NCBI GenBank assembly: GCA_947084805.1
Contig: CAMTUD010000028.1
Coordinates: 2,053-66,052 of the forward strand
Reading direction: 5' to 3'
Source of the DNA: an uncultured beta proteobacterium
GTDB lineage: Bacteria > Pseudomonadota > Gammaproteobacteria > Burkholderiales > Burkholderiaceae_C
Length of the DNA: 64,000 nt
A model generated the notes under the pieces. The model was not told where the DNA came from, searched no databases, and worked only from the letters and a program-made list of their open reading frames with translations. Position numbers and translations under genes: made by a program. Every line of letters begins with the position of its first letter. Within the stretch, counting starts at the first letter, position 1. Positions 58,029 through 64,000 of the stretch are shown piece after piece.

Positions 58029-58298
58029 ATGAACGCTTACCGCGAAGTCCTCCGCGTACTGGAAGAGGCCTTGAGTCTCGGTGGAAGGACCACGGCCTTC
58101 ACCCGCGAAACCCTGCTGCTCGGCGCGCTTCCCGAACTCGACTCGATGGCGGTTGTTGCCCTCATATCGTCGATCGAGGAACGCTTCGGAATGAGCATCG
58201 GTGACGACGAAATCAGCGGCGATGCCTTTGAGAGCGTCGGCAGCTTGGTCGACTTCGTGACGGCACGCCTGCCAGCGGCCACTTCCGACCCCACCTGA
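58029..58298 (+). CDS. Acyl carrier protein
   Basis: 89 aa, acidic, ELDSMAVV phosphopantetheine site, EERFG, FESVGSL. Confidence 0.92.
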   Translation: MNAYREVLRVLEEALSLGGRTTAFTRETLLLGALPELDSMAVVALISSIEERFGMSIGDDEISGDAFESVGSLVDFVTARLPAATSDPT

Positions 58299-58315
58299 GT
58301 CTCCGGCCGCGTTGC

Positions 58316-59839
58316 ATGGCCGCGCAACGACCAGCCTGCTCTCTTGCACCGCGTTCCTGGCGGGTGCTGCTTGCCCTGGCCGCAGCGGTCGCACTGACCG
58401 GCTCGGGGTTTGCGCAGAAGCTGCCACTGCCGTTTTCGGATCAGCAGGAAGGCGTTTCATGCAGCTTCTACGACGTCGCCTTGCAGATGCCGTGGCCAGG
58501 AAAGCGCCCCGGCTGGACCGACGCGGATGGGAAATCCGACGGCGCCCGGCCCTTCATGGTGTACCGGGTGGAGGCGGGCGACCGCAAGCTCGTGCAGGCG
58601 ATCGATGTCACGCCCATCGTCGCCGCCTGGTGGGCCGGGAAATTGCCGCCTGACGGATTGCTGCTGCGCCTGCAACTCGGGCATGTTTTCACGGTGCACT
58701 CGCGCGAAGCCGCAGACCCGACGCTGCGGCCACAGTTGCGGCTGCAGACGGCCGACGGCCGGCGCCGCTTCGTCGAGGCGGCAGCCGATGCGGCGCTGGA
58801 CTGCTCCACCTACCGCGGCCAGGGGCATCTGCCCACGCTCGTGGCAATGTCGCACAGCCCGTTGGCGCTGCGTTTCGACCTCACGGCGGCGAAACTCTCG
58901 ATGCCCGCGCCGCCCGTGAAGGCAGAACTGATGCTGATCCGCACGGCAGACCCTCAGCCGGGGCCCGTCAATCTGCAGGTCTTCGCGTTGCGTGCGCCGT
59001 TTGGCGAGCAGCAGCCGTTGCACGAGAGTGGCATCGCCGCGCGCTACCCGCGTGATCAGGGTATCGGCGCCGACCCGGATGTCTTCTTCCAGGACCGGTT
59101 CGAAACAAGGCGCGCCGATGCGCGCTGGTCACCCGGCATGGGGGCACCCTACGACATCCTCGACGAGGACGCGAAACGTCGGTTCGAGCCGCTGGACGGT
59201 CGTGCACTCAGAGTCAGGATCCCTCGCGGCGGCGATCTTGGGCTCGACCTGCGCTATCGCTTCCGAGATCACCATGGCCGCGAACCCGAGGAGGCCTACT
59301 TCCGCTACCACCTGCGTCTGACGGCGGACTGGCTGTTGGCGTCCGACGGGGGCAAGCTGCCCGGCTTCGCCGGCACCTACGGCCGTGCTGGCTGGGGCGG
59401 CCGGCGCTGGGACGGCCAGGCAGGCTGGTCTCTGCGGGGCCTCTTCGGCCGCCCACAGCCGGCCGGACACGCCACGCACGGTCGCGTGTTGATAGGCACC
59501 TACGCCTACCACGCGAAGTCGGAAGGCTACGGCGAAGGCCTGGGTTGGATCGGCTCGGGCTTGGCTGGCCTCATTGAACCAGACCGCTGGTACGCCATCG
59601 AGCAACATCTGAAGCTCAACACGCCCGGGCTCGAAGACGGTGTGCTGCAGGTGTGGATCGACGGCCGGCTGGCGTTTTCGAGAGAAGACCTGCGGCTTCG
59701 CGACAGGCCCGACATCCGGATAGAAGAGGTGTGGATGAATGTGTTCCATGGGGGAACCGCGGTCGCCCCGGCCGACCTGTACTTGTTCATCGACAACATC
59801 GTGGTTGCGCGTCGTTACATCGGGCCCATGCATCGCTAG
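58316..59839 (+). CDS. Secreted protein with DNRLRE-like N-terminal region and polysaccharide lyase family 14-like domain
   Basis: Signal peptide; DVT..V..W, GLLL, SRE...RPQL; EEAYFRY, GGKLPG, DG.LQVWIDG, NVFHGG. Confidence 0.7.
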   Translation: MAAQRPACSLAPRSWRVLLALAAAVALTGSGFAQKLPLPFSDQQEGVSCSFYDVALQMPWPGKRPGWTDADGKSDGARPFMVYRVEAGDRKLVQAIDVTPIVAAWWAGKLPPDGLLLRLQLGHVFTVHSREAADPTLRPQLRLQTADGRRRFVEAAADAALDCSTYRGQGHLPTLVAMSHSPLALRFDLTAAKLSMPAPPVKAELMLIRTADPQPGPVNLQVFALRAPFGEQQPLHESGIAARYPRDQGIGADPDVFFQDRFETRRADARWSPGMGAPYDILDEDAKRRFEPLDGRALRVRIPRGGDLGLDLRYRFRDHHGREPEEAYFRYHLRLTADWLLASDGGKLPGFAGTYGRAGWGGRRWDGQAGWSLRGLFGRPQPAGHATHGRVLIGTYAYHAKSEGYGEGLGWIGSGLAGLIEPDRWYAIEQHLKLNTPGLEDGVLQVWIDGRLAFSREDLRLRDRPDIRIEEVWMNVFHGGTAVAPADLYLFIDNIVVARRYIGPMHR

Positions 59840-59978
59840 CGTCGACCGTGAAATCCGAGCAGACCTGCAATTGCTGACAAGTGGCACCAATGCCAGCATC
59901 AACCCCCCAGACTTTCGACCGAAAGGACGGGAACGAGACTTTGTGCGGATCGAAATCCATCACCGCGTCGCCAACCCT

Positions 59979-61652
59979 ATGAATCCCTCCGACCTCCCTG
60001 ACCCTGCCGGCGTCACCCAGTCGCCTGACGATGCTGGCCTGAGCCGACGCGCCATGGTCGCCAGGTCCTTCTCTGCGCTGGCAGGGCTGAGTTTGCTTGG
60101 CGCCTGCGGCGGCGGCGGTGGCGACGAAGCCACGCAATCGCGGCAGGGCGTTTCGGGTCCGCCGCCGAGCCCACTGGCGCCCAGCCCGCCCGAGCCGAGT
60201 CCCCCCGCGCCGCCCGCACCAACCGCGCCTTCACCACCTGCACCGTCCGTACCACCCCCACCGCCTCCACCGCCACCGCCCCCGCCGGCGCCGGCGCCGG
60301 TCGACCCGATCACACCGCCCCAACCCGAACCGAACTTGCCGATCGGACCGCTGCCGACCTGGGTTCCGCAGCCGGGCCAGGTGCGAGCCATCACGCAGGG
60401 CCAGGGCGTGCTGGCGAACAACTACCGCGACGTCGTTGCGCCCTACTACGAGCCGTTTTTTGCCGTCAAGGCCATCAACGACTACAGCGGCGCTCGAGTC
60501 AATCTGTACTGGGGCCAGTACGGCGCCTTGGTCGGTTTCGGCGGCGGGCACTCCAGCACGAACGACAACAGCGTGTGGGGGTTGGAGTTGACGAGCACAG
60601 GCATGTCGTTCAAGCGGCTGGTCAACCCGACACCCTATTTTGGTACGGGCACCGACAGCACCACGAAGGCGAACAACGCCGGCCAGAGCGGCTCCCCGCG
60701 CGTCTACTGCGATCAGACCTATGGTGAAGCGCTGATCGGCGGCCCTGAAGGCATCGGCGTGCAGCAGGTGGGCGTGCCGTCGGCGCCGCACAGCTACGAC
60801 GCGCTAGATATCGTGGGCCCGGGCTCTGGCGGAGGCGCGGGCGGCTCTCTTTACAAGGTCGTGCAGTCCGTCGCGACCTACAGCGGCGACAACGCTGGAG
60901 CCGGCAACCGCACGACGTTCATCGCGGCACATGCCACCGACTTCCCCAACAGCACCGGCGGCACCGGCGCCTACGCATGGCGCCGGGTGTCGGACGATGC
61001 ATCGTTTACCGCCATCATGAGTCGCGAGCCACCGTACAGCTCCAGATTCGTGCCCGCGCAGCAGCGCATCTACATCGAGACAGGCAAGGTAAGCCACCAG
61101 CCGGTTTGGTTCAATCTGGCAACCAAGGTCTACAAGGCTGGCACTGGGTCTGGAAAGACGGTCACGGCCAGCGGTGGCAATTCCGTATCACTGGTGCATG
61201 TGCCCGAGCGCAACTTGCTGCTGTACTTCGGTACGGACACCAGCCAGAACTTGCGCGTCAACTCGATGCCGGTGGGCCCGAATGACAACAACCCGTCCTG
61301 GTCAGCGCCGCGCGCACTCAGCGCGTCGATTTCTTACGCCGCTGGTGGAGGCGATGGCCACCCGATCCACGTGTGCTGGTGCGCGGAAAACAACCGTCTC
61401 ATCGTCGGCGCGGTGTCGGGTGATGAGAACTGCGTCTACGAGATCGAGATTCCGGCAGACCTGGCCAGCACCTGGCCCTGCACGCGTGTGCCGTTCCCGG
61501 CAGGCCAGTCGATCGCTTGGGCGCGCGGCGGTACTTGGCCCAAGGGCTGGGAGTACAACCGGCGCGTCAAGGCCATCGTTTACATCGCCAGTGTCGGAAG
61601 CGACACGTCGGCCGCCGACGTGGTGTACGTTTACCGTCCACGCGGAACCTGA
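59979..61652 (+). CDS. Tat-type lipoprotein with poly-Pro linker and beta-rich (propeller-like) domain
   Basis: SRRAMV leader, lipobox LGAC-GGGGG, Pro-rich stalk, FGGGHS motif. Confidence 0.7.
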   Translation: MNPSDLPDPAGVTQSPDDAGLSRRAMVARSFSALAGLSLLGACGGGGGDEATQSRQGVSGPPPSPLAPSPPEPSPPAPPAPTAPSPPAPSVPPPPPPPPPPPPAPAPVDPITPPQPEPNLPIGPLPTWVPQPGQVRAITQGQGVLANNYRDVVAPYYEPFFAVKAINDYSGARVNLYWGQYGALVGFGGGHSSTNDNSVWGLELTSTGMSFKRLVNPTPYFGTGTDSTTKANNAGQSGSPRVYCDQTYGEALIGGPEGIGVQQVGVPSAPHSYDALDIVGPGSGGGAGGSLYKVVQSVATYSGDNAGAGNRTTFIAAHATDFPNSTGGTGAYAWRRVSDDASFTAIMSREPPYSSRFVPAQQRIYIETGKVSHQPVWFNLATKVYKAGTGSGKTVTASGGNSVSLVHVPERNLLLYFGTDTSQNLRVNSMPVGPNDNNPSWSAPRALSASISYAAGGGDGHPIHVCWCAENNRLIVGAVSGDENCVYEIEIPADLASTWPCTRVPFPAGQSIAWARGGTWPKGWEYNRRVKAIVYIASVGSDTSAADVVYVYRPRGT

Positions 61653-61736
61653 GGTGCTGTCGATCGCACCGCCTGTGCGCCGGTCCTTGTTGGCTGCGTC
61701 CCGGCCTTTCCATGACACGCGCGACTTGAGGAATTT

Positions 61737-63548
61737 ATGTCGACAAAACCAATGAACGATAAGGGCCGTGTGCCGTCACCCGATTTGTCCTCACCCGCGA
61801 TCCCGGAGATCCAGCGACGCCTGCTTCTGTGCCGTGCGGCGTTGGGGCTCTCGGCATTGCCGTGGTTAAGTGCCTGCGGCGGTGGCGGTGGCGGTGGCGG
61901 ATCGGCGACGACGGAGCCTGCGGCGGGATCGCCCGCTCCTTCGCCAGCACCAGCACCAGCACCAGCACCAGCACCAGCACCTTCACCCGCACCCGCACCC
62001 GCACCCGCTCCGCTGCCCTTCGGCAACATCGTTCAGTTCATCAGCCACGACGGCGACCGTGTCGGCAATGTGGAGAACACCAGCGCGCCGACGAAGGACA
62101 ACTGGAACACCGTCTTGTCTTTGCCCTGGCGGCGCGGGTTTCTGGGCGATTGGATCGACGCCGACCGGGTGGTCAATGGCAGCCGGGCGTATGCGACCTC
62201 AGCCCCGCTCACGGGGCTTGGCCGGTTCGAGCTGTCGGTGACCAGTCTGGTGTCGCGCTGGTTGAGTGGCCAACCCAACAAGGGCTTCTACTTGCGCGCG
62301 CGTCTGAGCGACTTCCCACTTAGCTTCGCAGGCCGCACTGCCGCCGCCCCCGCCACCCGGCCTGTGCTGCGGGTGGTGACGAGCAGCGGCACGGTTGAGC
62401 GTGTGGCCCGCTGCAACGCATGCTGGAATGTCAGCACTTCGCAGGTGATCAGTTCCAGCGACACCTTCGGCCTGAGCCAGGGCCTGCAGCCGGCCATCGT
62501 TCAGTTCGACCTGTCGGGCATTACCGGTACCTTCGTCAGCGCGACGCTGGCGTTGACCTTGACCGGCCAGGAAAGGACCGGCGCAGTCATTGATGTTCTG
62601 GAGGCGGACCCGCCGACCTTTGTGGTGCCTGACGACGTTCCCTCGCCTGCGTACGGCATTGGGGCAGACCTCAACTATGCGCAAATGGGCGCCCATCCCA
62701 GCGTGCTGTTCAACAGCGACATGCGATCCCCCGGCTGGGCCGACCGGGGCTACCCGAACCCGGTCGATCGCCGCACCGACACCGACGGCAGTGTCTACGC
62801 AGCAACCTACTTTGGCCAAGGTGACTTTCTCGCGGCCGATCTGCGGGCGGATCTGTCGAAGGGCACGGGGCCTGGCGGCACGCCAGACGTGGTGCGCGAA
62901 GAGGCTTACGCGCGCTACTGGTTCAAGCTGGGCGACAACTACGGCAGTTCCACCGACGGCAACAAGCTGCCCGGCGTGGGCGTGCAGTTCGGGTACTGGA
63001 GCACAGTCGGGTCTGGCTATTGGCAGAACACCACCGGCAACGGCGGTGAACGCGGCACTGGACTGAAGGTCTGGAACGCGCGGTTGGGGGGCTGGGAGTA
63101 CCAGGGTCACAGCATCCGGATGCTGATGGGCCGGCGTCCTGCGGACCAGTCGGCCTACGATGGTTTGTTCGCGATTGCCCTCTACCCCTACAACCTTGAT
63201 CAGGGGGGCGCCTTCCCGCCCGGCGAGTTGTTCAAGTACATCCTCATCCGCAAGGGCGTGCGCTTCTGGGTAGACATACGTTGCAGGCAGAACTCGATGA
63301 GTGGCGCGCGTGATGCGGACGGTAATTACACCACCGCCAATCCGGACGGCATTTATCAGGTGTGGCTGAACGGCCTCCTTGCTTACAGCAAGTCTACTTT
63401 CCGGTGGCGCCGCCACCCGGAGTTCGGCGTTCAGGGCTTGTGGATCGACTGGTACCACGGCGGGACGGTGCCAGCGCCTTACCGAATGGACTTCGAACAA
63501 GGGTACGCAACCGCGGCCACACAATACATCGGGCCGCCCAGGAAGTAG
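61737..63548 (+). CDS. Tat-type lipoprotein, paralogue of 58316-59839 (PL14-like)
   Basis: QRRLLL leader, lipobox LSAC-G8, PA linker, EEAYARY, GNKLPG, DGIYQVWLNG, WYHGG, YIGP. Confidence 0.7.
   Translation: MSTKPMNDKGRVPSPDLSSPAIPEIQRRLLLCRAALGLSALPWLSACGGGGGGGGSATTEPAAGSPAPSPAPAPAPAPAPAPSPAPAPAPAPLPFGNIVQFISHDGDRVGNVENTSAPTKDNWNTVLSLPWRRGFLGDWIDADRVVNGSRAYATSAPLTGLGRFELSVTSLVSRWLSGQPNKGFYLRARLSDFPLSFAGRTAAAPATRPVLRVVTSSGTVERVARCNACWNVSTSQVISSSDTFGLSQGLQPAIVQFDLSGITGTFVSATLALTLTGQERTGAVIDVLEADPPTFVVPDDVPSPAYGIGADLNYAQMGAHPSVLFNSDMRSPGWADRGYPNPVDRRTDTDGSVYAATYFGQGDFLAADLRADLSKGTGPGGTPDVVREEAYARYWFKLGDNYGSSTDGNKLPGVGVQFGYWSTVGSGYWQNTTGNGGERGTGLKVWNARLGGWEYQGHSIRMLMGRRPADQSAYDGLFAIALYPYNLDQGGAFPPGELFKYILIRKGVRFWVDIRCRQNSMSGARDADGNYTTANPDGIYQVWLNGLLAYSKSTFRWRRHPEFGVQGLWIDWYHGGTVPAPYRMDFEQGYATAATQYIGPPRK
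61944..62009 (+). repeat. Hexamer tandem repeat (CCAGCA)6 CCTTCA (CCCGCA)3 CCCGCT encoding a Pro-Ala linker
   Basis: Read directly from the sequence. Confidence 0.95.
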
Positions 63549-63728
63549 GGCCGGTACCTCGCTGCGTAGCGACGCGCGCGATCGCCGGCACCGTGGCGTG
63601 AAGCCCGTCGCATTTCCGTGTTCGCTGGAGCCCGCGCGCGCCCCTGCGGTGACGCAGTTCTTATAATCAGGTGTTGAGGCGCCAGCGCAGCAAAGCGCCC
63701 ATGGCGTATCAAGTTTCGGGTTTCTTCC

Positions 63729-64000
63729 ATGTGGCGCACCACTCTGAATTTTGCTTGCGGGTTGATTTTTCCTGCTGCCGTGCTGGCAGCGCCGGAAAAT
63801 ATTACGCCGGGCGAGATGGCCGTGATTCCGGCGTATTGCCCACACACGCAGACCTTTGCCCAAGGCACCTACTCCGTGGGCATTCCCACAGCTGCGCAAA
63901 AACCATGGGCTGACCTGCTGGGCAGTGGATTCTGGCACTTGCACCACTATTGCTGGGCACTGATCGATTCCTACCGCGCAAAGACGGCCGGCTTGTCGGC
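63729..64000 (+). CDS. Exported hypothetical protein, 5' part (runs off window)
   Basis: Not in the ORF track. Manual translation gives MWRTTLNFACGLIFPAAVLAAPENITPGEMAVIPAYC...GFWHLHHYCWAL..., open to the window end; signal peptide-like start; TATAAT at 63662. Confidence 0.7.
   Translation, partial: MWRTTLNFACGLIFPAAVLAAPENITPGEMAVIPAYCPHTQTFAQGTYSVGIPTAAQKPWADLLGSGFWHLHHYCWALIDSYRAKTAGLS

Noticed and set aside
59882..59897. Sigma54 promoter TGGCAC upstream of the Tat lipoprotein
   Set aside because: GG-to-GC spacing is 11, not the required 10.
63671..63913. 80-aa ORF in the track
   Set aside because: The overlapping frame starting at 63729 looks more protein-like and stays open to the window end.

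Overview
GC-rich window, probably betaproteobacterial (Burkholderiales-like, judged from gene content). All family names are recognised by eye from motifs and gene order; no database search was run. (1) 1-2769: minus-strand hybrid histidine kinase, REC-PAS protein and a partial Crp/Fnr regulator. (2) 2988-4384: an initiator tRNA-fMet carrying a ~1.24 kb integrase-less insert. The insert is bounded by a ~130 bp direct repeat and has IHF-like boxes and 11-bp-phased arm-like repeats. Its only cargo is an apparently leaderless VapBC toxin-antitoxin pair plus two long hairpins. (3) 4421-9206: a truncated gene tail, an SDR, an unusual acyltransferase-like/double cNMP-binding fusion, a CMD-family gene, a hypothetical gene and a nucleotide-sugar epimerase. 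(4) 9231-64000: a very large exosortase A/PEP-CTERM exopolysaccharide locus with two prsT, prsR, prsK, a priming transferase, wza/wzc-like export genes, xrtA, FemAB, deacetylases, GT4s, two AsnB-type amidotransferases and an O-ligase. Its accessory modules are a partly lower-GC Gtr/Arn-like amino-sugar transfer cassette, an AlgD-like dehydrogenase, a membrane transglutaminase-like protein, a ligase/ACP/PLP-decarboxylase/GNAT-like set, and three exported proteins. Two of those three are PL14-like lyase paralogues and two are Tat lipoproteins. The best candidates for something new are the tRNA-fMet VapBC mini-island, a possible amide cross-linking system for the EPS, and the AlgD-like plus PL14-like build-and-cut pairing.
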